Source: Amoebophrya sp. A120
Lineage: Eukaryota > Protista > Dinoflagellata
Assembly: GCA_905178155.1 (NCBI GenBank)
Contig: CAJINV010000010.1
Location: forward strand, 2,617,794 to 2,681,793
Length of the DNA: 64,000 bases
Direction of reading: 5' to 3'
Position 1 is the stretch's first letter, and the number at the start of each line of letters is the position of its first letter. The position numbers and the translations under genes were made by a program. The notes beneath the pieces are model-generated. The model ran no database searches. It saw nothing but the letters and a program-made list of their open reading frames with translations, and was not told where the DNA came from. This document shows, piece after piece, positions 12,473 through 24,700 of this stretch.

Positions 12473-15400
12473 ATGCGGGTGAAAGTGAACAAGGCGGTTG
12501 TAAACAACGGGCGGAACAAGCTGCAGAGGCCCAGCAGCTCCACTGCCTCGGTTCAGTTGCCCAATTCCAACAAAAATAAAAAGGTGGCCAGGAGCAGGGC
12601 GGACATCAAGGTGGAGGATGAGGCCGTTGCAGCCCCACCGCGAGGACCAGACGAAGTCGTGGGAATTAGCCCCGATGTAGTTGCGCCGCACAATGCCATA
12701 TGCATTGCAAACTATGTATCTGGGTCTGGAAAGAGAACATGCAAGCTTGTAAAACTTCTAAAAATGCAGTGGACGCTGGATCATGGATCATGAACTTGAT
12801 CGTTTTCTCTATCGTTGCACGGCAATCAGAATAATTCAAACAGAAAACTCGTGATGTTCTGGCATGAGCGCCAAAAGTAGGTGCCAGTAAGGTCGTTTTC
12901 GGCGCGAGAAATTCGCTGTTTGCTTAAGGCAAACGGCGAATTTCTGACGCGGGTGGTGCAAAAGGTGCATGGCAATAAACAAGTGCAATCTTCGTTCCAG
13001 ACCTAGAGATATTTGCATTTGATACGCCACGTCGTCTGTGCTCCAGAGCAGAGTAGTGGCGGAGCGGGAGTCCGTGACGTTCCCTGACGGAATAGCAGCG
13101 TGGCACAAGGTATTCCAGGAAGAGATTGTCTGAGTCTTCAGCCTTTGCATGGGACGACTCAGCAGCGTCGCAAACTCGCGAACAAGCAAGATCATACCAA
13201 AATGAATCTCTTGCTTCGTACACCAAAGAAGTACTTGATCATACCAAAGTGATGCTTCATACAGCAATAGAAAGTCAAAATATTAATATAGATGTCTAAA
13301 ATTGACTTTCTTGCAGCTGCTCTTGGTTGCACGTCGAGCATGACAAAAAACTGCATCGAGGAACTTCCAGATTGTGACGCGTTGAGTAAACTGAGACAGT
13401 TTTTTCTTGCGATACCACGAAGATCCGCAGTACTACAAGCTGGATAGCCTCTGCACCGACGACAACACCGAAGCATCCTATTTTCTGGATACGGGAATTA
13501 ACCCAGACGACCCCGGGGATCCCAAGTTGGAGTGCTATATGCGACGGTCGAAATGCAGGTGCTTATCTTCCAGAAAAAACGCTGCAGTTAGTCGTGTGCA
13601 AAAATTACTTATTTGTTTTTCGAGGATAGAACAGGAGCATCCGAAAATTTGTGCATTCAGCTACAAAAACGAAGCCATGTAGTCGTGCACGGCTCCTTCA
13701 TGATGTACTGGAAAACCCATACGGAACTGGTTTATGGTGCGTTTCCAGCACGGCTAGAGTTACTTAGTTTTGCATCTACTTCTGCAGCACACACTAAAAC
13801 AGTAGTTTTTCTACTCCTGCATAATGCTTGGGCAAGAGCTACCTCTACCCGTACGATGTTGTCAACAGGTGGGCGCACCCTATTATCCCGATGAAAAATC
13901 CCCCACCCTGTAAAATTCAAAAGGAGACTTCTGATGCTGGCTTGTATACAAAGAAACAGCATCTTGGTGTAGGTAGCACCGGACTGCAGGAAAAAGGCCG
14001 AGCATCCCAAATCGCACGGGGTGCGAAATGTCCGTGCGGAACAAGTAGTGCAAGTGCTATAAGTCGCGCGAGTTGTTGTAAGTGGTGCAAAACAGCCTCA
14101 AGTTGCTACTTGATGTTCTTTGCTTTTGGGTATGTAGCAGCGTAGCTAATGAGGCAGGCGTCTCTGGCAAAGGCGCGACCGCGCCGCAGATTAAACACAG
14201 CAAGCTCCGGCTTTATTCCGTGCAAGTACTACTTTTCTGCAAGGAAAATAAGGGCACTGGTGACTTCTTTCGCAGGTGTCGTTTTTGAAGATGGGAAGGG
14301 GAGGCTTTTGCTAATGATACCCGCTGGCGTCACAGACGACGAAATGAATACTCTGGACGACGGCATTACTCCACGGGAATGCTTACTCTTTTCCACCGGA
14401 GGCAATGTTGCCGATATGCTTGCCGGGATGTTGTACGACAGTGAAGCCAAGGTGTGCTACTACCTCGGGAGTCATTACAGTCATCTACCGAGTACCACCT
14501 ACTACAACACAAAATATTTTCAAGCGTTCGGTCACGATCTCGTGAAGGTGAAAACTTCGGGCGTAGACGAAGCTGGTGTTGTCCAGTGGAAAAATTTGCC
14601 GCCCGGTTTGTGGGGTACCGACTTCGCCTATGGATTGCAAAAATGTCTGGGTCTGGAAGATTGTGAGGCTTGTCATGCACGAGCATGCTTTGCATGGGCC
14701 ATGATGTCTGCGATGCATGCCCTAGCATAACAGATTTTCATTTTTTGAGGGCCTCTTGATGCCTATTCCGCATAACAAGTTCCCTCTCTGCGTAGCAGAA
14801 ATTAGAATCCTTTTGCTGCTCTGTCTTGCAATACTACAGATTCCTTCAGAATCCAAAGACAGCATCACATGTTCCATTCTTTCCAGACCCAGACACTTTT
14901 GCATTTGATATCGCCTACTTTAAGGAAACCACAAATGCAGAAGGGACCACAACGGAGGAACCTCTTCAGGGAGGAGAGGACACATTTTGTGTGGCACAGG
15001 ATGCGGACGGGAAGACGTACGAAAGCTGGATAATGTACACCAATTATCGCACAAAAAAAAGGTGGTAGGTCAGAACTCCTAGCTTATAATCTGTAACGCG
15101 GAAACAGACACACATGCAAATAGTCTGGTGTCACGGGCTTGCTCATAGTATGCTGTCCCAGGTATCACGCAAGAGCGATTTTCATTAATTGATAGATTTA
15201 TGTTCTTGCATGACATACAGCATGAACATCAAGATCAACATCATGTTCATGGCGTGAACGGACCTGCCAGCTTTTTCCTCTGGGATACCAAAGTCGTAGA
15301 CAAAGAAAACCACATTCAATGCAAAGCGCTTCTAGAGAAGATGTGCGAAAAGTTCGACTCCGTAGACAAATGCAACAGTATCGTAAGGAAAAATCCCCCG

Positions 15401-18400
15401 CCCTCCCAATATCGAAAAGGCATGCTTTTGGAAATTTCTGATGCTGATTTGTGGTCACCAATGCCAGTCTTTTGTGTCTTGGTAGAAGGCAACTCCAACG
15501 GCTGCGCTGCATTATGCAAGCGGTTTGTGATGCTGCTGGGCCTGGGGCAACAGCGTCGACGTTTGCCATGGTTGTCGCCTACGTCAAGACCTGTCTACCC
15601 AGGCTTGGCATATGCCTGCAGTCCTCTACTGCAAGACAAGTGGGATTTGTGTACTGAAATCCAGCATCAGAAACCTCCTCTTTTTGATATGGGGAGGGGG
15701 GATTTTTCCTTTTGATAAACAGCGACGCGTCCGCGGAAACCTGTGTCTGGACGAAAAAGGAGGGGGCCGACGCTGAGACTTGCTTCGATTGCAATGATTT
15801 GAGCGGAGATAAATTCGGGTGCCCAGGTATCCTAAGCAAAAACGTCCCCATCCCATAGCAACACAAGTCTCCAAGTTTTGGGCGCTGTGCATGACAAGTT
15901 TCCCTCTGCAGTGTAGTGCTGGTTGGCAAGGGAACAAGCCGCATGAGAATAAAGCCACTTTCTTATCCTGTTTACAGCACTACAAATTCCAAAACACGAT
16001 TGGAAATGCCTTTCATGTAGCTGCGCATTACAAATGTTCCTGTCAGGACGCATTTGCGTGACAACTCGGGGGTGGGGACGTTTTTACCGAGGATACCAGG
16101 AATCTCCGCCGGAAAATGTGAATTCGACGCCGAAACCAGTCTTTGCCGGCCACTTTTGGTGACCACTTCGTACTACAGTGAAAAATGTCCCCATCCCATA
16201 TAGAAAAGGAAACTTGTGATGCTGATCTGTGGCCACATCCACAAATCACTTTTGTCTTGCCTACAGGGTAAAAATGGGAACCATGTGGCGTATTCGACGG
16301 CCGGTCTGTCATGCGCTTTCAACTACAACAAATCTGTTTGCCATGCGTAATTGCTAGCCTTCTGCATACACAAACAGGCCTAGAGGATACCGCCAAGCAC
16401 TTTCTGCAAGACAAATGTGATTTGTGTACAGCATCAGAAACTTCCTTCTGATATGGGGAGGGGGATCTTTCCTTTTGATACTTCGAGCAGCACCACCACG
16501 ACGCCTGCTCCCGAGGGCATGTATCCACTGGAAATGTTTCTGGGTCTGGATGAAGAACGCAAGTCGAAGTTTGTCATGCTTGTCTGGCATGACTCTTAAT
16601 TCTGTGTTGCATGAGCAGGAAAAAAGCCGCCCCTTGCCTGTCATGCAAAATAAACGCAGCTTTCCCTTCAAGAAGCGAAACACACAGCACCTCATATTAA
16701 ACTTGTCATGATGCTTGGCTGCGTATAATGATTGCAGTGCGCCCCCTGCCAAATTCACAGATTTGCATCCCAACTTCCCAGACCCAGACATATTTGCAAT
16801 TGATAGCATGAGCATGACCACGATTTACATCATCGCCGTGTCGGCCGTCGGCGCCATCCTGATCGGCGTGGTGTTGGTCATTCTCTGTTTGTGTATCCCA
16901 CAGAAAAAAGCTGGAAGGGCATATTTGTAATGCCAACACAAATACACAGAAAAATCTGCCATGGGCGGCCTCATAGCATGCTATTTAGGATATGCAATAC
17001 AAATTTTTTTGTCTATTTCTTTTCGCATTACAAATATGACCTCCCAGTTTTTTTCTGTGTGATATTGTGCTGCGGCGGCAAGAAGAAGGGGGACCCCGAC
17101 AGCAAAGCCAGCCAGGACGACAAGTCAAAAGCGGCCGCGGAGGCTGCGGGTGGCGGCGCCCGGCAAACGCGGGCGGCGTCACAGAAGCTATCAAATGTAA
17201 AAATGTCTGGGTCTGGAAGAATGCATGTTTGTCATGCTTGTCTGGCATGACTCTTAAATCTGTCATGCACAACATCCAAGAGCCCCATTTCTCTGTCATG
17301 CAGAAACGCAGTTTGTCATGCAGAATAGGCAACACCTAGAGGCTCAGAAACTGTTCATGCTGAGCCAGCATTTGCGGCCTCATCATGAGACGCTACCCAG
17401 CATCACAAGTTTCCAGACCCAGACATTTTTGCACAGGATAGAAGCTGCCTACGGGCAACACCGGCCCATCGCTATCAAAAGGAAAAATCCCCCCTCCCCA
17501 TATCCAAACGAAGTATCTGATGCTGGATTTCCTTACACAAATCAGAGCTGTCTTGCAGTAGAGGACTGCAGGTGTGTGCCGTGCCTTAGTGCAGAGCTTT
17601 GGACGTGGACGCTTAGCATCGCAAATGTCTATGCTGTAGCCCAAGCAGCATCACAAACCGTCCGCTTAGTGCGGCGGAGACTGTAGAATTGCATTCTTGC
17701 AAGACAAACAAATTTGTGGTCACAAATCAGCATTACAAAGAAGTACCTTTTTGATATGGGGAGGGGATATTTTTCCTTACGATAAGCGCAGCCGCCAGCC
17801 CTAGACAAGGCGGGGAGTTTTGGCGCGAACAACAGTTTTTCCAACGCCGGCGGGGGTGATATGGCATTCTCAAATGTTACATTCTCAACTGTTGCAACAT
17901 GAATCTGTAATGCAAGAGTGGCAAAATCGAAAGGGGGAAGATCATTGCACCTTTTGCATTATACAAATTCCGCACAGATCAACATTTAGGTGCTGTTTAG
18001 CCCTTCGCAAATTTGTCATGCGAAGCAGCCTGATTGTGTGGGTGATCATCTTGCTTTTGCATTACAAATTCATCATGTAACAGTTGAGAATGTAACAATT
18101 GAGAACTCCATAGGCGACGCTTTTCGCGGAGGGAGTGCAGTGGACAACTCGAAGCCCAGTGGTATGAAAGTGGAGTCTTGAGCGTTGCATTGACTGCTGT
18201 TACATCAGGTTATTGTCATGGTGCAAGAAATATTAGACCAAAAGTTAAGGTGGTGAATATATAAATCTGGTCGTGACATCAAACACCCTGCGCGCCTTGC
18301 ATTCCAGATTTGGGACGGATTTGATATTGTTCCATGCTATTTGGCGTACCAACGTAAGTAGACTTGTCATGCGAAGTAGCTTGATCATGTGGAGGCTCGT

Positions 18401-18851
18401 GGTAAAAAAGATTTTGCATGCTGGTCGTGAAAAATCATGTAACAGCTCTACAGTGTAACGCTTGTGAAGAACTCCATAGGTGGCGGCCCGGCGTCTACCT
18501 TTGCCGCACGGGTGAGCATGGCGCAGACGCATTTATCACATGCAAATATCGATCTGAGTCTGGAAGGATGCGAGCTTGTCATGCAAACTCTGGAGCACAT
18601 GCACGCATGTAGTTGAAATTGATGAAGAAATCTCTCATGCATAAACAACAAAAGTCGCCCATTTATTGTCACCGAAAGCGGGGCTTCGTGATGCGAGTTC
18701 GGCATCGGCACCGAGACGCCTTGTGCTTCGCCAATTCTGTATTGGTCTGGAGCTTGCATGCAAGACCAAGACCTCTTGGGGCACAGAAAAACAGCATGAC
18801 ACACCTGCTCAATTGTCCATGCCCAGACGTATTTGCAATGCATATCATTGA
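12473..18851 (+). CDS. Cys-rich type I membrane protein (PAN/apple-like module, Thr stalk, TM, cytoplasmic tail), paralog 1
   Basis: The frame is continuous across consecutive introner removals from 15379 to 18163: ...CNSDASAETCVW...CPGISAGKCEF...TTTPAPEGMSMTTIYIIAVSAVGAILIGVVLVILCLCCGGKKK...STFAARVSMAQ. 5-prime end and some introns uncertain. Confidence 0.7.
12699..13024. mobile_element. Introner, family A
   Basis: TATGCATTGCAAA..TCTGGGTCTGG / CCAGACCTAGA..TTTGCATTTGATA; DR TGCCA/CGCCA. Confidence 0.8.
14629..14910. mobile_element. Introner, family A
   Basis: TIR AAATGTCTGGGTCTGGAAGA; DR TCGCC; removal gives GTDFAYFKETT in frame. Confidence 0.9.
15379..15717. mobile_element. Introner, family C (TATC..AAGGAAAAATCCCCC TIR)
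   Basis: DR AACAG; removal restores frame. Confidence 0.9.
15828..16095. mobile_element. Introner, family B variant (TATCCT..AAAAACGTCCCCA TIR)
   Basis: DR CCAGG; removal restores frame. Confidence 0.9.
16171..16480. mobile_element. Introner with family D-like left end and family C right end
   Basis: Left end TACTACAGTGAAAAATGTCCCC, right end GGGGATCTTTCCTTTTGATA; DR CTTCG. Confidence 0.85.
16522..16805. mobile_element. Introner, family A
   Basis: TIRs containing TCTGGGTCTGG; DR GCATG. Confidence 0.85.
16894..17064. mobile_element. Introner, family G (TATC.CACAGAAAAAA.CTGG TIR), 171 bp
   Basis: DR TTGTG; removal gives LCLCCGGKKK just after the TM helix. Confidence 0.85.
17189..17440. mobile_element. 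Introner, family A
   Basis: TATCAAATGTAAAAATGTCTGGGTCTGG left end; right tip ..GCACAGGATA; DR GAAGC. Confidence 0.9.
17473..17784. mobile_element. Introner, family C, opposite orientation to 15379
   Basis: DR ATCGC/AGCGC; interior is reverse-complementary to 15379-15717. Confidence 0.85.
17860..18112. mobile_element. Introner, family F (TATGG..TTCTCA..GTTACATTCTCAACTGTT TIR)
   Basis: DR GGTGA/GGCGA; homologous to 43110-43350. Confidence 0.85.
18163..18478. mobile_element. Introner, diverged family F
   Basis: Degenerate TIRs; DR AGTGG/GGTGG; removal keeps frame. Confidence 0.7.
18534..18844. mobile_element. Introner, family A (diverged)
   Basis: TATCACATGCAAATA / TATTTGCAATGCATA; DR GCATT/TCATT. 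Confidence 0.75.
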
Positions 18852-21738
18852 GCAGCATGTCTTTTCAAGGAGTTTCGTTTGATGATGATTCTTGGTATAG
18901 TACACATATTACCATGTTGGCACGACAACAGTTTTGTTTTATGAAAAATACAACAACTTCTCTTCCGAAAATTTTATTTTTTTACATCAGGTACAACTAC
19001 AAATGCACAGTTTTGAGTTTATTAACAGTAACATAACACAAATAATTTTCATGTTTTTCAAAGTTTTCAATTTTCAAATCCTTTGTTTTCAGTTACTTTA
19101 TTTCTTACACTTGTTTTACTTCTTTTACATTTACATTTTCACAATTTTTTTTCGCATGGGCAGTATTTTTTTTTTCAAAAGACACACTTCTCTCCATCAA
19201 CAATCTAGAAAGCCTTGTACGTACCCCGTGCAGGGTGAAAAATTCCAGTTCAGAATCCTACGCACAGTTTCTTTCCCGCGATAGAACAATTCGCCAATAG
19301 AAGGTCACCCCTGCGCACCCCACAGGAGCACTTCTTTTGGCAACGCCACCTAGGAATTGCATTGAGGACTAGAAATTAATTATCCAAAACAAAAACGTCG
19401 CAAGCGCAACATCCTAGAAATGTAGTACCTCAACACTATGCTGTGCCAAAATTAAAAGACCTAGAGCTAGACACCCAGTTGTAACAAGAAGTTCGAAAGG
19501 AACGCAGCAAATCGAAGGAACGAGTAAGACTACAACAGCACCAAAAGGTCCATCTTCTTGCATTCACCCCGTCGTGCGGAGGAAGGATTTTTCTTCAGAA
19601 GAAGCAAGTAAGTTGCACCAGTTTTGTAGCAGAATGTTTTGTTTTTCGGGTGAAGACGAGCAATGTCGAATGTCAAAGCTATGTCTATATGCTAAATTTT
19701 ATCTGCAACCTGAAAATTTCAATTTCCATCCGAGGGCAGTTCATCTAAAGTGTTGCGAAAGCTCCTCCGAAACGTTATGAATGTAGTAGAGGACCCTCTG
19801 AGGCTGAACAGCTGTAAGTAGTTTTGCCCACCGTCCTATATACTTCTCCGCTCACATCACCGCCCGCGGCAGATGACTAGACGTCGCTTTTTCAAAAGCG
19901 TCCTCGTCCTGGCCACTTGGGTAAGTACTAAAAAATGAAGTGTGTGGCCACCCGCGAGGCGAAGATATTAGACAAAAGATGCTGAGTCTCGCCGTGGTCC
20001 TCTCGAGGACACCGCCGAGTAACTACATGTCTAATATACTACTTTTACGAATATTAAGATGCTACCAAGCTGCGGATATGATACTAGGCTACGTAGACGT
20101 ACTTGGCTTCTATTCTTTCATGTTGCTGCCTTCACTTTTGTAGTTCTTTTCAAAATATTAAAGCAATGTTAGACAGTTGAATAAGAGTACTTTCTTTTCG
20201 AAGCAAGAATCGAAGTAGACCGGCCAGAAAAACGAAAGACCTGACTCATCTACCATTCAGAGCTGCTACTCCTCCTCTGCAGGGAAGTAGAATTACGCAG
20301 TATCTCTAACTAGCACCTTCACAGCACGAAAAATGCAAACAAAAAATGTGAACAATAGCACCTATTCTACCTCTACAACATACCTAGCAGCACGGGGAAC
20401 GACGACCCAGGTAGATCTCTCCCAAGGAGGTAGTACTACTACGTGAAGAAGGTTGTCTTGACAACAATATTACTAAAACGGCCCTAGTAATTATTTCGTT
20501 AAGCAGTAGTTCTAGTTCTGGTTGATGTCAACATGGCGGTCGCTGTCGACGAGGAGCCCGCACCCACGAAGAGAGCACCATGCAGAATGCATTTTCTGCA
20601 TTACAAATACCTCGACGAAGAATGGCTCTGCCGCACCAGCAACGCAGGACCAAATAAACTAGTTCTTGCTTCGAAGAAAGTATGTTTTAGAAAATTGCTT
20701 ATCTTGATATGCGCAGTCGCCGGTGTAGATACGGAGCTGCACGACCAGAGGAGTTTCTTCTGGCGCGCCGATGACCACTGCGTCCATGTTTGGGTTCTTT
20801 TTAAACGCTTCTAGTGCTGGCACGATCTCCCGTAAGTGCCGCTCGTCCTTGAGATTATTCATCTTTCGTGCTGGTGGTCTTCAAATGTGCCTTGCAACAG
20901 GTCGGTGGCACCATTTTATTTTACGTCGGCCCTTCGCCGTGACCTCCAACATGCAACATCTGTGATGCCCCACATGCAGTTGCCGGTGGAGAAAAGAAAC
21001 GGAAACAAAATCTTGACCCACTTCTGCCTCGGTTTCGTTCGTAAATAAACTTAATGCGCAGTACAAGTCGTGTGGTCTGCCTCTGCGTCTGCCAACTCTA
21101 ACTGGAAGTATTTTTTTCAGTGGTTACGGCCGTATAAACTACAAAATTGAAATTCCTTTTCGTGCGCCGCGTTTTCGTTCGTCTCGTCGGTTTTCGTCCG
21201 TACCTATTTCGTCCAACCACCTACGACGTGTGTTGCTGTAGTAGCTTTTTTGCGAAACATTCGTGAAGTAAAATGCTCGCACAGTTGACTGGGTCTTCTG
21301 CTGTACTACGTTCTTCACTTTAAAGATGACGCGGTCAACTTTTTTCCAGTGCTTACGCAACCGCAGGACAATTGTCATTGCTCCCCTCACCCAGATATTC
21401 ATATTATCGTACCAAGCTTTGACTGTGTAGTCAAGTTGGTGTGGTCTTCTATTTTCCCTCGATGATTGATACGCTACGTAGTACTTTAACTGCTTCAAAA
21501 ATTATCTTGCGTGAGCGTTTCTGCTCCATGTGAAGGCTGGCGATTTCTATAATACGTATAACTTTTCCTGAATTATGCTCGACCTTAACCCGAATCGCAG
21601 TGCACAGTAGAATTTTCCTCCCGCGTGTGCACGAGCAGGCACGAGGACGTGTGCAAGACCTTGTTCGGGGGATAACGTAGAAGAAGAAAGTGGGTACGAC
21701 CGAAAGAGTTTCTACTACTGCCGCAGGAATAGAAAAAA

Positions 21739-24700
21739 ATGGGCACCACCGGCAGTCAGCCAACCCCGGAGCAAGGTGAACAAACGGTGGTCCCTCCGGA
21801 CGAGCCCAAGCAGGAGCAGTACGTGGCTAACTGGTACACGCTATGCGGCGCGGAAAATTCAACAGTGGAGCTGGACTACTTTCTGGATGGCAGCGGCGCG
21901 ATCGGGACGTCGTCGGCCACGGGGTGCTATCTGCGCTTATCAAATGTAAAAATGTCTGGGTCTGGAAGATTGGAACTTGTGATGCTAACTTTGGACTCTA
22001 AAAAAATCTGTATTGCATGACCAGCAAGAGGAGTCTAGTTTGTGCTACGGGGCGGGGAGGGCGTTTGTCATGCGGAGTAGGCATCAGGAAGCCCTCTAAA
22101 AATCTGTGACGCTAGGGCGTGCATTACAGACGTCCTGGGTCATGCAAAACATGCATGACAAGTCTCAGAATCTTCCAGACCCAGACACTTTTGCATTTGA
22201 TAGCGCTGGGTCGGCTGCAAATGCTTCGGCAGTGCGTACTCGCTTTCTCTCGCGCAGATGCTAGCATTGCAGCAGCAGGCTTCTGGAGGTGGCGGCGCGA
22301 CTGGTACTGCGACGTCTTTTCTGCAAGAAAGGGTCGACGTGCAGAGGGCCCATTACTACATCAGCGGAAAAACGACAAAAAGGGCACGACAAACGAGATT
22401 GAAGGACTCTTCGATGGCCGCTTCTACTAGTGCGGGCTTTGTTCCGGACCAGATGGAAAGAAAAGAAAGAACCAGTCAACACCTTTACGACCAGCTTGCA
22501 GCGCTCGAGACGGGCGGCCGCACCGCGGCTGAGAGTGGGAGCGGCGCGAAGGATGATGGTTCCCCCACCAAGGTGGACGAGGACGTGGTGAACACGGGGG
22601 CGGACGGTTGGGTGCCACAGGAGTGCTTGGCATATTGCACGAACTCCGATGGGAACCTAAACTGCGCCGGACTCACTTACGACCTGAGCATATCAACTGC
22701 AAATTCGAATATATATGTCTGGGCCTGGAACAGAGCAGAGGTTTGTGATCCAAGCAGCCCGCATGACTTATACATAGTCCAGTTCGCTCCAGCTACAGTG
22801 ACCTACTCAAACTTCAACTTTGATTTCACATTGCAAAATATAGTCATACCTGATGAAAGTATTGTGAGCTGCTCTGCCTCTGGCATCGATCAGCGTCGCA
22901 AGTTTGGATATTGGAGAGGCCGCTTCTCGTAGTGCCATCTCGCATGATGCATGTCAAAAAGAACTGTCGTTTTCGGAAGGCGCTGACTCAAGGGCATATT
23001 TTTGCTGGTCTCAAGCAATGCTTAGAGTCTTTTGACCTATGGTCGAGGAGAACAAGGAAATAAAAGCTCGGACCCTTCACCATCCAGAGTTGTTCCCGAC
23101 ATATTTTTTTACAGTGCATAGGAAACTCAGGTATGTTACTTCATCAACTTTTCTCCGGTGCAAGGCGTGTCGTGGCCCTTACCGGAGAGTAGGGAGCAGA
23201 ACCGGGCGAACCTGGAACTGCACATGCCACCACAGCAAGGGAAAAGCCAAGAAGAGGTGGAGAAGACCACGATAACCATTTATCAGAAATCGATGGACTT
23301 CGCCGCGGTACCCGGGGTAAAACTTTCGTGGCAGCAGCTCGCTGACAGGATGCACACCGACCTTACGCCTCTTAGACCCGAGGAATGGCTGCGGAAATCT
23401 TTCTGCGTGGCAAAGAAAAGCCTGGACGACGGCGCGGAGCCGTCTTTTAAGGACTTATGGGAGTGCACACATGATTTGTCTCCCTGCGCTCATTTTTATA
23501 ACTTGCATAGCATGTTGTAGTTCACCTGCAACAGATACAGAAGCGACAGCAATGCCGCCGCTCGCGCATGACAGATTTGGACGGCGATTGTAGTGCTCTC
23601 TCGGGCCTCCGTCTCCGTCTCGAAACGTCGTGCCATCGACATACGTAGTACTGGCTGAAAATTATGACGCAAAGCCAAAAGGTGGCATTCGGCGTGCAGT
23701 TGCATGATGAGACGCATGAGATGAAATGAGAACATCTTCGAGGGGGATCGAAGTACTAGTTGTGCACTCTCATAGCCGTTCATCACCTACGTGAAGATCC
23801 GAGAGCCAGAGAGCAATACGCAGTGCCAGGCCCTGTTGACTCCCACGACAAGCAGCCCGACCACGACAACCACTACTACGACTAGCAAAGAAGGCACTTC
23901 TTCAAGTGGTGCAAGCGGTTCCGGCGCGCAGGGCGAGGGAGAGGACCAAACTACACCGGGAGATGCAGACGGTGGAGGCGAGTCTGGGCACCCTATTGAC
24001 GGCGAAGACGGAGACCAAGCAGGGCAGCAAGGAAACACGACCACGTCCGCGCCGGCTGGCGGAGACGGGAAGGGCACAGAGGGAGAAGACGACGTCAACA
24101 CTATCCCGCGTGCAAAAACGTCGTGGTAAGTACCCAGAAGGAGCCCATAGTCAAGATGGGAACTCTGGCGCAACTCTGCATATTACGGCAAATCCAGAAC
24201 TTCTGCTGGGACTTATACATGACAAGTTTGGCTATGCAGTGCGGTTGTGCGTACTGCTAGTCTCCGATCGATGCGTCGGAAATCCACTCTCATGTCCTGA
24301 CTGACGCATGACAGGTCTCCTATTAACACGACTAGCAAATAAAGTTGTCTCTTATGCGGAGCTGCCTGATAGAGATAGATGTTCTGGGCATGATGCAGAT
24401 TGGCATGATAAGTAGCTCCGGGGTAAATATTTTTAAGGGCGACGTTTTTCCGCAGGATAGCCACCTTGTGGGCGGTGTTGGTGGTGCTATCCGTGTTCTG
24501 CGTGATTGCCTTATCAAAAGGAAAAATCCACCCCCCTCCCCATATCGAAAAGGTATGTTTCCGAAAATTTGTGTTGCTGATTTGAGACCACAAATCACGT
24601 CTGTCTCGCACGAAGACAAGTGCAAAGGCGGCCGCGCCATTATGGAAGCGATTTGGCATGCTGTTGGGCCTAGGGAGCAGACATTTGTAACATTACTAGA

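Noticed and set aside
15379-18844. Closely spaced ~30-bp repeats resembling a CRISPR array
   Set aside because: The repeats are inverted pairs of several different families, about 170-340 bp apart, separated by exons. There are no cas genes and the context is eukaryotic.
18845-18905. FDDDSWY resembling the acidic Trp-containing tail of TRAP-family adhesins
   Set aside because: It is not in the frame obtained by standard introner removal, which gives a stop at 18851. It would need cDNA evidence of a different junction.
20659-21498. Minus-strand ORFs of 67 and 119 aa, and similar ones at 58735-59683
   Set aside because: No recognisable motif or splice structure. They could be decayed genes or elements but cannot be supported.
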